From Steroidobacteraceae bacterium (GTDB lineage Bacteria > Pseudomonadota > Gammaproteobacteria > Steroidobacterales > Steroidobacteraceae), in assembly GCA_040899645.1 (NCBI GenBank), contig JBBEAB010000064.1, positions 14,164-68,865 on the forward strand: a stretch of 54,702 bases of DNA, given 5' to 3'. Below the pieces are notes generated by a model, which did not search any database, was not told where the DNA came from, and saw only the letters and a program-made list of their open reading frames with translations. Shown here piece by piece: positions 12,069 to 21,606 of the stretch (the stretch's first letter is position 1; each line of letters opens with the position of its first letter). Both the position numbers and the translations under genes were made by a program.

Positions 12069-14162
12069 TCACGGCGCCGCCAGGTACTTCGCCAGCCAGC
12101 CCTGAACCTCCTGGTAGAAGTAACGGCTGTTCTCGCCCTTCAGGATCCAGTGGTTCTCGTCCGGGAAGATCACGAGGCGGCTCTCCACTTGCTGCCGCTG
12201 CAGCACGGTCCAGAATTCGAGGCCGTTGTTGTACGGCACCCGAAAGTCCTTTTCGCCGAAGGTCACGAGGATCGGCGTGCGCAGGCGCTCGGAGCGCCAG
12301 AACGGACTCTGATCCCGCCAGATCGCGCGGCCGTCCCACGGCGGCCCACCGAGGTTGCGCTCGCGCGACCAGGCGATGTCGCTGGTGGTCCACTGCGTCT
12401 TCAGGTCAAAAAGGCCCGCGTGGCTCACAAGCGCGCGATAACGCGTCGTGGACACTGCGAGCCAGTTGGCCAGGTGCCCGCCATAACTGGCGCCGCCGGC
12501 CGCCTGGCGACTCGCGTCAATGTTCGGGTAGCGGCGGATCGCCTCGTCCGCGGCCTGATTGATCTCCGCCGCGGGACCCGCGAGCGGATCGCCCTGGATG
12601 GCCTGTGCGAACTCCTCGCCAAATCCCGTGGAGCCCGAATAGTTCGTCATCAGCACGACGTAGCCCGGCTGTGCCAGCAGGTGGTAATTCCAGCGTACGA
12701 AGAATTCGTCCTTGTACATGCCGTGCGGTCCGCCATGGATCAGCACGAACAGCGGGTACTTCTTCGCCGGATCGAAAGCCGGCGGCAGGGCGACGAGATT
12801 GTGGATGCGACGGCCGCGCTTCGAGGTGAACCAGAACTGCTGCACCGGCTGCCAGTCGATTTTCGCCGCGCGCGCGGCGTTGAACGTCGTGAGTGCGCGC
12901 CGCGCGCCGGTCTCCGGATCGATCCGCGTCAGTTCCGCGGGGCTGACCGCGCTGCCCCAGTTCGCGACCAGGACCCGGTTGCCATCGCTGCCGCCGACCT
13001 GGAGGCCTGCGAGGCTGCCGGCGTCGAGGCGGCCGACTTCGCGCACTTCGCCGCCGGATGCCGGCACCGTGAACAGGCGATCATGGCCCTCGTCCTCGGC
13101 AAGCAGGTAGATGCGTTCGCCATCGGGCGCCACCTCGAAGCTGCCGACTGAGCGGTGAAAACCGAAGGCGACAGGGCGCGGCACCGGGTTCGCCCAGTCA
13201 AAACGCACGAGGCGCGCGTCGTTGTAGACGAAGCGCGTCTTGGGAGTCGATCGGGCGTAGAGCGCGGAGCCATCCGGCGCAAACTGCGGATCCGAGTAGC
13301 TGGCCTCCGCGCCGGTCAGGCGCCGCGGCTCGCCGCCGCCGGCCGGGATCACGAACAGCGACTGGATGACATCCGCATAGGCCGCCTGGTCGCGATTGCT
13401 CGTCGCCGCAAAGACTATGGCGCTGCCGTCGGGGGACCAGGTGGCATTGATGATCTCCCCCTCGTTGCCAAGGTTGCCGCCAAAGCCGCCGCCGCGCGCA
13501 AGTTCCGTGCCGGCGAGCAGATCGCGCGCCGCGGCGCCCGCGGCCAGCGGCTGCAACATCAGCGTCGGGCGCCGCTCGTCGAGCCAGCGGTCCCAGTGCC
13601 GGATCGGAAAGCTGTCGAATGCGCGCGCGTTGTACTTCCGCTCCTTGCGTTCCGCGATGCGGGCGCGATTGGCATCGTCGTCCTGCGCATCGGGAAAGAC
13701 CATGCTGGTGAACAGGATCGCCTGGCCATCCGGCCGCCACTGCGGACGCGAGGCGCCGGTCGAGACATTCGTCACGCGCTCGGCTTCACCGCCGCCGGCG
13801 ATGTCGAGCACGTAGATCTGCGATTCATCCTGGCCATCGCGCCTGGCGGCAAAGGCGATGCGCTGCGAATCCGGACTCCAGGCGGGAGCCGATTCGGATG
13901 CGGTCGAAAACGTCAGCTGCCGTGGGGCGGCGCTGCCGTCCGCGGGCACCAGCCACAGGTCGCTCGACTTGGCGCTGTCATCGTAGGCCGGCTCCGACAG
14001 CGGCAAGATGACCAGACGCCCGTCGGGACTCAATGCCGGCGTGCCGATGCGTTTCATCAGCCAGACGTCTTCATGCGTGATCGGGCGTTTCGCCGTCGCC
14101 TCGGCCGCAATGGCGGCAGGCGCGATCAGCAGGAGCGACAGGCAGGCGATTCGAAGCTTCAT
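12069..14162 (-). CDS. S9 family peptidase (prolyl oligopeptidase / dipeptidyl-peptidase-like) with N-terminal beta-propeller; signal peptide
   Basis: Signal peptide MKLRIACLSLLLIAPAAIAA, TolB-like propeller repeats and a catalytic Ser in GGASYGGHLANW. The start was set at the internal Met (14162), not the ORF-track start at 14627. Confidence 0.85.
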   Translation of the reverse strand: MKLRIACLSLLLIAPAAIAAEATAKRPITHEDVWLMKRIGTPALSPDGRLVILPLSEPAYDDSAKSSDLWLVPADGSAAPRQLTFSTASESAPAWSPDSQRIAFAARRDGQDESQIYVLDIAGGGEAERVTNVSTGASRPQWRPDGQAILFTSMVFPDAQDDDANRARIAERKERKYNARAFDSFPIRHWDRWLDERRPTLMLQPLAAGAAARDLLAGTELARGGGFGGNLGNEGEIINATWSPDGSAIVFAATSNRDQAAYADVIQSLFVIPAGGGEPRRLTGAEASYSDPQFAPDGSALYARSTPKTRFVYNDARLVRFDWANPVPRPVAFGFHRSVGSFEVAPDGERIYLLAEDEGHDRLFTVPASGGEVREVGRLDAGSLAGLQVGGSDGNRVLVANWGSAVSPAELTRIDPETGARRALTTFNAARAAKIDWQPVQQFWFTSKRGRRIHNLVALPPAFDPAKKYPLFVLIHGGPHGMYKDEFFVRWNYHLLAQPGYVVLMTNYSGSTGFGEEFAQAIQGDPLAGPAAEINQAADEAIRRYPNIDASRQAAGGASYGGHLANWLAVSTTRYRALVSHAGLFDLKTQWTTSDIAWSRERNLGGPPWDGRAIWRDQSPFWRSERLRTPILVTFGEKDFRVPYNNGLEFWTVLQRQQVESRLVIFPDENHWILKGENSRYFYQEVQGWLAKYLAAP

Positions 14163-14172
14163 GCGGGATTCC

Positions 14173-15606
14173 TCAGGCACGCCATTGACGGGCGCGGACA
14201 TTCTGCAGCAGCCAGGGCTGGTCGGCGACCAGCTTCTCGTTGAACAGTTCGCCGCGTCCCTGCAATGGCGTCCAGTCGGTGTAGGCGCCGACCAGCGAAC
14301 CGAGGTAGGGGCGCGCGATCTCGAGCACCTCGCGGAAATCGAGATCATCCGCCTCGCGCAGTCCCTCGCGCGGATGCCGCATCGCCCAGATCGTCGCGCC
14401 GAGCGCGCCGGCGGCAACCTGCAGGCAGGTCGCGTTGGTGTAGGGCACGTGGCGGCGCGCTTCGGCGATCGAGAGTTGCGACCCGAACCAGTAGGCGTTC
14501 CGGGCATGACCGGCGAGCAGCACCCCGAGTTCGTCCATGCCGGTGACGATCTCGGCGCGGATGATGCGGCGCACCGGCTGCGGCATCCAGCCGCGGCCCT
14601 CGAGCTCGAGCGCGGACAGCATCGCATCGTCGCAGGGGTGGTAGACGAACATCACGGTGGGCCGGTACTCGATCTTCGACGCCTGCCGCAAGGTCAGGTG
14701 ATCCGCGATCGAGAACACTTCATCGTGGGTCATCAGCAGGCCCTGGAATCCGCCGGACGAGGGCAGCCAGCTGCGTGCAAACGTGGCCCCGCCCGGTCGA
14801 TGCAGGTAGACCGAGCCGCAGCGCGGCCGGTGCCAGTGCGATCCGGGCGGCTTGCCCGGTTCCGCAGTGCCGAGCGAAAGTTCGGAGGGCTGCATCAATT
14901 CATCGATGAACCCGTCGATCGACCAGGTGTTGACGAACTCATTCGGGCGCTTTGGCCGGTCGGTCGCCTGCGTGTCGCGCTCGGAGATCTGGATCAGCGT
15001 GACGCCCAGGTCGCGCGCGAGCGTCGCCCAGCCGCCGGCATCCGCGGGTGCGTCGCCACCCTGGCCCACGCCGCTCGCCAGGTCGAGCAGCGCCTGCTTG
15101 ACGAAATGCGAGACCAGGCCCGGATTCGCGCCGTGATCGACGACCGCCGTCGGCGCGCCGGCTTTCAGCCGACGGCCGAGCTTCAGCATGTCCTCGCGCG
15201 TCCGGTAGTTGGTGCGCTCGCGCATCGTCAGCATCGGATTGTCGAATACGCCCGGCCAGGGCTCGATCGAGGTGTCCACGTACAGCACGCCGTGCTCGGC
15301 GCACCACTCGACGAGATCGAGGCTCGACACGTCGACCGAGAGGTTGAGCAGCAGGTCGCCCGGTTTCAGGCGGCGCCGCAGTTCGCGCTGATAGGTAGAG
15401 GGCTTCAGATGACAGTGGACGAAGCGCGCCTGGTTGGCGGCGGCGAGCGCGCGGCCCTGTTCGCTTGACTCGAGCACGGCGAGACCGTCCTCGGGCAGGG
15501 TCAGATGGCGGCGCAGCAGCGGCAACATCGCCTGGCCGATGCTGCCGCAGCCGACCATCAGGACGCGCCCCGGGAAATCGGCGGTTTCGATGCGGTTTGC
15601 GGGCAC
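14173..15606 (-). CDS. hss: homospermidine synthase
   Basis: 477 aa, collinear with bacterial HSS (VLMVGCGSIGQ, NLSVDVSSLD, GANPGLVSHFVKQAL, ISERDTQ, FVNTWSIDGF, YHPCDDAMLS, DELGVLLAGHARNAYWFGSQLSI, ADDLDFRE, YLGSLVGAYTDWTPL). It lies 10 nt upstream of the peptidase on the same strand. Confidence 0.85.
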   Translation of the reverse strand: MPANRIETADFPGRVLMVGCGSIGQAMLPLLRRHLTLPEDGLAVLESSEQGRALAAANQARFVHCHLKPSTYQRELRRRLKPGDLLLNLSVDVSSLDLVEWCAEHGVLYVDTSIEPWPGVFDNPMLTMRERTNYRTREDMLKLGRRLKAGAPTAVVDHGANPGLVSHFVKQALLDLASGVGQGGDAPADAGGWATLARDLGVTLIQISERDTQATDRPKRPNEFVNTWSIDGFIDELMQPSELSLGTAEPGKPPGSHWHRPRCGSVYLHRPGGATFARSWLPSSGGFQGLLMTHDEVFSIADHLTLRQASKIEYRPTVMFVYHPCDDAMLSALELEGRGWMPQPVRRIIRAEIVTGMDELGVLLAGHARNAYWFGSQLSIAEARRHVPYTNATCLQVAAGALGATIWAMRHPREGLREADDLDFREVLEIARPYLGSLVGAYTDWTPLQGRGELFNEKLVADQPWLLQNVRARQWRA

Positions 15607-15686
15607 ACGGGAACCCTAACAAAGTGCCGCCCGGCGCGCACCTGCGGTGTGCCATCGTGCGCCGCGCGGTGCATAATCGACGCGCG

Positions 15687-16370
15687 ATGATCACCAGGCG
15701 GAGGGCGGTCGGAATGCTGGGAGCGGCGGGCTGTGCCTGGGGCGCGGCGATCCCGGCAGCGCAGGCGAGCGCGACTGCGAGTTGCGTCGTGCGTCCGGCG
15801 CAGACCGAAGGTCCGTACTTCGTCGATCGCATGCTCGAGCGCTCGGACCTGCGCGTCGATCCGGCCGATGGCAGCATTTCGCCCGGCACGCCGCTCGTGC
15901 TCGTGCTGGCGGTATCGCGGGCCGATGCCTGCGTGCCGCTCCCAGGCGCGCAGGTGGACCTGTGGCATTGCGATCACCGTGGCATCTATTCGGGCGTGCG
16001 CGATCCTGCAATGGACACGACCGGGCAGCGCTTCCTGCGCGGTTACCAGTTCACGGATGCCGCCGGCGAGGCGCGGTTCACGACCATTTACCCCGGCTGG
16101 TATCCGGGACGCGCAGTGCACATCCATTTCAAGGTGCGGACCGCGGCAATTGCCGGCAGATCGCACGAGTTCACCTCGCAGCTCTATTTCGACGACTCAC
16201 TCAATGAACGCGTGCACGCGGCGGGACCCTATGCGGGCCGCGGTTCCGGCCGCCGCCGCAACGCCAGCGATCGCATCTTCCTGCGCGGCGGCGACGAGCT
16301 GATGCTCGACCTGCAGCCACGGGACGGGGTACTTGCGGGACGCTTCGAACTGGCGCTCGATGGCGTCTGA
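15687..16370 (+). CDS. intradiol ring-cleavage dioxygenase family protein (protocatechuate 3,4-dioxygenase beta-like), TAT signal
   Basis: Twin-arginine motif (MITRRRAVGMLGAAG) followed by a dioxygenase core (GPYF, LWHCDHRGIYSG, GWYPGRAVHIHFKV). Confidence 0.75.
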   Translation: MITRRRAVGMLGAAGCAWGAAIPAAQASATASCVVRPAQTEGPYFVDRMLERSDLRVDPADGSISPGTPLVLVLAVSRADACVPLPGAQVDLWHCDHRGIYSGVRDPAMDTTGQRFLRGYQFTDAAGEARFTTIYPGWYPGRAVHIHFKVRTAAIAGRSHEFTSQLYFDDSLNERVHAAGPYAGRGSGRRRNASDRIFLRGGDELMLDLQPRDGVLAGRFELALDGV

Positions 16371-16824
16371 GCGCACCGCAGGCATCGACTCCGTTGCCCG
16401 ATCGCGCAGGTCGGGCGGCGTGATCGCGATGCTCCTGCTGGCAGGCGTCGCCCTGGCAGCCGACCTGCCGCGCACCGCGGCGCCCGCCGATGCAGAACTC
16501 TATTTCATCTCGCCGCGGGACGGGGAGACGGTCACCAGCCCCGTGACGGTGCGATTCGGACTGCGCGGCATGGGTGTCGCGCCGGCCGGCATCGCGATGG
16601 AGCACACCGGCCATCATCACCTGATGATCGACACCGGGCTGCCGTCATTCGACCTGCCGGTGCCGGCCGATGCGCAGCACCTGCATTTCGGCAAGGGCCA
16701 GACCGAGGCGACGATCGAACTGGCGCCGGGTCCGCACCGGCTGCAACTGCTGCTGGGGGACTTCCGGCACGTGCCGCATGACCCGCCGGTCATTTCCAGT
16801 GTCATCATGGTAACGGTCCGCTGA
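16360..16824 (+). CDS. DUF4399-like secreted protein
   Basis: Signal peptide (RSRRSGGVIAMLLLAGVALAA) and a HTGHHHLMIDTG motif. Overlaps the dioxygenase stop by 11 nt. ATG 16427 is an alternative start. Confidence 0.6.
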   Translation: MASERTAGIDSVARSRRSGGVIAMLLLAGVALAADLPRTAAPADAELYFISPRDGETVTSPVTVRFGLRGMGVAPAGIAMEHTGHHHLMIDTGLPSFDLPVPADAQHLHFGKGQTEATIELAPGPHRLQLLLGDFRHVPHDPPVISSVIMVTVR

Positions 16825-16848
16825 CGATCCGGTGATACCGGCAAGGTC

Positions 16849-19800
16849 GTGCCTGTGGAAGTCCGGGGCATCGCATTGCTGAAGATGCTCGCGATTGCGG
16901 CCGGCTATTTTGCCGCTGCCGAGCTGGCGCGCTGGCTGGCGGTAGCCGGCGGTGCTGCCGTGCCACTGTGGCCGGCGGCCGGCGTGGCGCTCGCCGGGCT
17001 CCTGTTGTGCAGCGTGCGTTGCTGGCCGGGTGTCTGGCTCGGCGCGTTCGCATCGGACCTGCTGCATCGCGCGCTCATTCCCGGCCAGGAACTGACGCCC
17101 GCGCTGGCATTGCTGCCGGCTGTCATCGCCTTCGCCGCCTCGCTGCAGGCGCTGGCCGGCGCCTGGCTGACACGCTCGTTAATGCATGCCGCCGTGCCGC
17201 TCGGATCGCCAGCGGATGCGCTGCGTTTCCTGCTGCTCGGCGGTCCGGTCGCCTGCCTGGTTGCGGCGAGCATTGCCTTTGCTGCACAGGCGGTGCTCGG
17301 CGGGCTCGCGCCCGCCGGACAACAGGTGCGCTGGCTCGACTGGTGGGCGAGCGACGTCATTGGCGTGCTGCTGGTCGCGCCGTTGATCTTCGTGCTGTTG
17401 CCGGGAGTGCAGACTGCGCGGCGCTGGCGGGCGCTGCAGTTTCTCGTGCCCCTGCTCGTCACGGCCGCGTTGATCGCGGGTGCGCAGATCTGGCTCGAGC
17501 GCGCGGAGAATGCCGCACTGCGGGCGCGGGCCCAGGCGGAAATGGAAGAGGCATTCGAACTCGGCACGCGCAGCCTGCCGTTCGACGTCGAGGCGCTGCA
17601 TTCGATTGAGCGGTTGTTCGCCGCCAGCGACCAGGTCTCGCGGCAGGAGTTCGAGACCTTCACGCAACGCGCGGTGGCACAGCCCGGCGTGCAGGCCATC
17701 GAGTGGGCGCCACGGGTCCTCGCGGCCGGCCGCACCGCATTCGAAGCGGAACTCGCAAGCGAGGGCCGTGCGGACGGTGGGATCCGTGCCGTCACCAACG
17801 GCAGGGGCGAAGCGATCGGCGCGGTGGCGGGCGCCGAGCTGTACTTCCCGGTTCGCTACGTCGTGCCGGCCGATCGGCTGAGTTCGCGCCTCGGACTCGA
17901 TCACTATTCCGAGCCGCAACGTCGCCGGTCGATGGAGCGCGCCATCGATACCGGCGCGGCCAGCGGCACGCCGCTGCAGGTGTTTGTCACGACGCAGCGT
18001 CCGGCGATCCTGGTATTCGTGCCCGTGTACCCGCGTGGATTCGAGCCGACGCTTGCGTCGCAGGTACAGCGCCGCGAGCGCTTGCGCGGATTCGTGCTGG
18101 CCGCGTACGACATCGAGGCAGTCCTGGCGACGCTCGCCGGCGAGGCCGCGCGGCGCGGCCTGCGTTACTGCGTCACGGACGTGACGTCGGATGAACTGCC
18201 GACGCTGATTGCGGGCAGGCTGGCCGACCATGCCTCTGCGTCACTGTTCCTGAATCGCGAGGTCGAGTTCGTCGGGCGGACCTGGCGTATCGAGCTGCAG
18301 GCAGCAGAGGCCGCGTGGTTGCCGTCGGAAAGCTGGCAGGCGAGGCTGCTGCTCGCCGTCTCGCTGTTCGCGGCCCTGCTCGTGGCCTTCACCACGCTGA
18401 CCGCCGCCGGCCGCACGGCCAGCGTGACGAGCGAGGTCGATCAACGCACGGCGGAACTGGCACGGGAACTGGCCGCCCAGCGCGCGGCCGAGGTCGCGGC
18501 GCGCATCAGCGAACAGAACCTTGCCGTCACGATGGACTCGATCGGCGATGCAGTGCTGGCGACCGACGTCGCGAGCCGCATCACGCGCATGAATCCCGTT
18601 GCCGAGCGCCTGACCGGCTGGACCCAGGCCGAGGCGCTCGGCCGGCCGATTGAGGACGTCCTCCGCATCATCAAAGAGAAATCCCGGGAGCCGGCGGTGA
18701 TTCCGGTGGCGGAGGCGCTGCGCACCGGGATGGTCCAGGGGCTGGCAAACCATACGACGCTGATCGCGCGCGATGGCACGGAGTACCCGATCGCGGACAG
18801 CGCGGCGCCGATCCGCGACGCCGACGGCGCCATCATCGGCGTCGTGCTCATCTTCCGCGACGTCTCGAAGGAGCGCGCGGCAGTCCGCGCACTGGCGCAC
18901 AGCGAAGGGAAATACCGCCGCTTCGTCGAGCTGGCGCCGTTCGGCGTCTTCGTCAATGCCGGCGGCCACTTCGTGTTCGCCAATCCGAAGGCGCTCGAGA
19001 TCCTGGGCGCGCGTTCATCGGCCGACGTCATCGGCCGCCAGGTAATCGATTTCGTGCACCCGGACAGCCAGCAGGCGGTGCGCAAGCGGATCCGGCTGCT
19101 GTTCGAGCAACGCGAGTCCGTGCCGGCGCTCGAAACGAGGTGGGTGCGCGTCGACGGAAGCACGATCGATTGCGAGACGATCGCCGTGCCGCACGAATAC
19201 CGTGGCCGACCGGCGGCGCTCGTGATGATTCAGGACGTCACGGCACGCAAGCAGGCCGAGCAGCAGCGCGACCGCTTCTTCGAACTGCCAGTGGACATGT
19301 TGTGCGTCGCCTCCACCGACGGCTACTTCAAGCGCCTCAACCCGGCATTCAGTGCGACGCTCGGGTGGTCGATCGAGGAGTTGCTGGCGCGGCCGTTCAT
19401 CGAGTTCGTCCACCCCGATGACCGCATTGCAACGGGCGCGGAGGTGGAGCGGCTGACCTACGGGCAGCCGACCTTGAATTTCGACAACCGCTACCTGTGC
19501 AAGGACGGCTCCTACCGGTGGCTGTCGTGGAAGGCGCAGCCACAGCCCGACGAGGGTCTGATCTACGCGACCGCCCGCGACGTCACCGAGAACAAGGCGA
19601 TGGAGACCGCGCGCGAGCGCCTGACCGAGGAACTCGTGCACGCCCGCCGGGACGCCGAGCAGGCGAATCGCGCCAAGTCGCAGTTTCTCGCGACGATGAG
19701 CCACGAGATACGCACGCCGATGAACGGCGTGATCGGCATGGTCGACGTGCTGCAGCAGACCAGCCTGCGCGGCTACCAGGTCGAGATGGTGGACCTGATC

Positions 19801-21606
19801 CGCGAGTCGGCCTACTCGCTGCTCGCAATCATCGACGACATCCTCGATTTTTCCAAGATCGAAGCCGGCCGGCTCGAACTCGACGAAGGCCCGGTCGAGG
19901 TCGCGGCCGTCGTCAAGGCCACCTGCGGCATGCTCGAGCACATGGCGGCGCGCAAGGGCGTGGAGCTCACGCTGTTCGTCGATCCCGAGATTCCGCGCGA
20001 CCTGGCCGGCGATGCGATCCGGTTGCGACAGGTGCTGGTCAACCTGCTCAGCAATGCGATCAAGTTCTCGAGCGGCGCGGACCGGCAGGGCAAGGTGTCG
20101 CTGCGCGCCGTGCTGGTGGCGGCAGAGGAGCAGCGGGCGAGCATCGAGATCCGCGTGAGCGACAACGGCATCGGGATGGACGAGTCGGTCGTGTCGAAGC
20201 TGTTCACGCCTTTCACGCAGGCGGATGCCTCGACGACCCGCCAGTTCGGCGGCACAGGCCTCGGCCTGACGATCGCGCGGCACCTGGTGCACTTGATGGG
20301 TGGCGAAATAGCAGTCGCCAGCACGCCGGGCGCCGGATCCGTGTTCAGCGTGCGCCTCGCGCTCGCCCGCACCGGTCAGGAAACGGCCGAAACGGACGAG
20401 TCGCCGGTCGATGGACTGCGATGCGTGGTCGTGGGCGGTGCCGAAGGTGTGGCGGACGACCTGGCGAACTACCTGCAGCATGCCGGCGCAAACGTTTCCC
20501 GCGCGAGCGACCTGCAGGTCGCCGGCACATTGCCCGCGGACCATGGCGGTGAGCGGCCGGTCTGGGTGATCGACGCCGATCAGCAGCCACCGGCTCCCGA
20601 GGAACTGCGCACGGCCGCGACTGGCCAGCCGGCAGTCGAGCCGCGCTTCGTCGTGATCGGGCGCGGCCAGCGCCGCAAGCCGCGCAGCGAGTCGTCGGAT
20701 CTCGTCACGATCGATGCCAACGCGCTGACCCGGCGGACGTTCATCAATGCGGTGGCGCTCGCCGCCGGTCGCGGCGAGCTCGATCGCACGGTCATTCTGC
20801 CTGGCAAGGGCGAAGAGCAATTCCGTCCGCCGGAGAGGAACCAGGCGGCGCGCACCGGACGCCTGATCCTCGTCGCGGAAGACAATGAGACCAACCAGCA
20901 GGTGATCCTGCGCCAGCTCGCGGTGCTCGGCTTTGCGGCGGACCTTGTCGGTGACGGGCGCGAGGCCCTCGAGCGCTGGGAGCGCGGTCACTACGCCCTG
21001 GTGCTGACCGATCTGCACATGCCGCGGATGGACGGCTACGATCTCGCGCGCGCGATCCGCATGGGCGAGTTCGGGCGGGCGCGCACGCCGATCGTCGCGT
21101 TGACCGCCAACGCACTGCGCGGCGAGGCGGAGCGCTGCAAGGCGGCGGGCATAGATGACTACCTCAGCAAGCCGGCGCAGCTCAAGGAACTACAGGCCGT
21201 GCTCGAGCGCTGGCTGCCCGCTGCCGGCGAGACGCATCCGCAGGAACACAAGCTCGCGGCCGCCGCGGCCGATTCCACGCAGGCCATCGAGCCGGGCGTG
21301 CTGGCCGGCCTGGTCGGCAGCGACGAGGCGGCGATCGAGCGGATCCTCGGTATTTTCCGTGATAGTCTCCCGGAGACTGTGACCGAGGTGCGCGAAGGCT
21401 GCCAGAGTGGCGACGCGGCGCGCGTGCGCAATGCGACGCACCGTCTGAAGTCATCGGCACGCTCGATCGGCGCGCTGCGGCTTGGGCAGATCTGTGCCGA
21501 GCTCGAGCGTGCGAGCCGTACGGGAGAGGTTTCAAAGTTTGCGGATCTCCTTGCGCTGTTCGAGAAGGAGTCCGCGGCAGTGACTTTGCAACTGGGTGGT
21601 CCATGA
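16849..21606 (+). CDS. hybrid sensor histidine kinase: MASE1 - CHASE - TM - 3x PAS/PAC - HisKA - HATPase_c - (degenerate REC) - REC - Hpt
   Basis: Multi-TM MASE1 N-terminus, a CHASE-like domain (YFPVRYVVPA...LVFVPVY), three PAS modules, an H-box SHEIRTPMNGVIGM, G-boxes (GTGLGLTIAR), a REC domain (LILVAEDNETNQQV...TDLHMPRMDG) and a C-terminal Hpt (HRLKSSARSIG). The GTG at 16849 is uncertain; ATG 16885 is an alternative start. Confidence 0.85.
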   Translation: MPVEVRGIALLKMLAIAAGYFAAAELARWLAVAGGAAVPLWPAAGVALAGLLLCSVRCWPGVWLGAFASDLLHRALIPGQELTPALALLPAVIAFAASLQALAGAWLTRSLMHAAVPLGSPADALRFLLLGGPVACLVAASIAFAAQAVLGGLAPAGQQVRWLDWWASDVIGVLLVAPLIFVLLPGVQTARRWRALQFLVPLLVTAALIAGAQIWLERAENAALRARAQAEMEEAFELGTRSLPFDVEALHSIERLFAASDQVSRQEFETFTQRAVAQPGVQAIEWAPRVLAAGRTAFEAELASEGRADGGIRAVTNGRGEAIGAVAGAELYFPVRYVVPADRLSSRLGLDHYSEPQRRRSMERAIDTGAASGTPLQVFVTTQRPAILVFVPVYPRGFEPTLASQVQRRERLRGFVLAAYDIEAVLATLAGEAARRGLRYCVTDVTSDELPTLIAGRLADHASASLFLNREVEFVGRTWRIELQAAEAAWLPSESWQARLLLAVSLFAALLVAFTTLTAAGRTASVTSEVDQRTAELARELAAQRAAEVAARISEQNLAVTMDSIGDAVLATDVASRITRMNPVAERLTGWTQAEALGRPIEDVLRIIKEKSREPAVIPVAEALRTGMVQGLANHTTLIARDGTEYPIADSAAPIRDADGAIIGVVLIFRDVSKERAAVRALAHSEGKYRRFVELAPFGVFVNAGGHFVFANPKALEILGARSSADVIGRQVIDFVHPDSQQAVRKRIRLLFEQRESVPALETRWVRVDGSTIDCETIAVPHEYRGRPAALVMIQDVTARKQAEQQRDRFFELPVDMLCVASTDGYFKRLNPAFSATLGWSIEELLARPFIEFVHPDDRIATGAEVERLTYGQPTLNFDNRYLCKDGSYRWLSWKAQPQPDEGLIYATARDVTENKAMETARERLTEELVHARRDAEQANRAKSQFLATMSHEIRTPMNGVIGMVDVLQQTSLRGYQVEMVDLIRESAYSLLAIIDDILDFSKIEAGRLELDEGPVEVAAVVKATCGMLEHMAARKGVELTLFVDPEIPRDLAGDAIRLRQVLVNLLSNAIKFSSGADRQGKVSLRAVLVAAEEQRASIEIRVSDNGIGMDESVVSKLFTPFTQADASTTRQFGGTGLGLTIARHLVHLMGGEIAVASTPGAGSVFSVRLALARTGQETAETDESPVDGLRCVVVGGAEGVADDLANYLQHAGANVSRASDLQVAGTLPADHGGERPVWVIDADQQPPAPEELRTAATGQPAVEPRFVVIGRGQRRKPRSESSDLVTIDANALTRRTFINAVALAAGRGELDRTVILPGKGEEQFRPPERNQAARTGRLILVAEDNETNQQVILRQLAVLGFAADLVGDGREALERWERGHYALVLTDLHMPRMDGYDLARAIRMGEFGRARTPIVALTANALRGEAERCKAAGIDDYLSKPAQLKELQAVLERWLPAAGETHPQEHKLAAAAADSTQAIEPGVLAGLVGSDEAAIERILGIFRDSLPETVTEVREGCQSGDAARVRNATHRLKSSARSIGALRLGQICAELERASRTGEVSKFADLLALFEKESAAVTLQLGGP

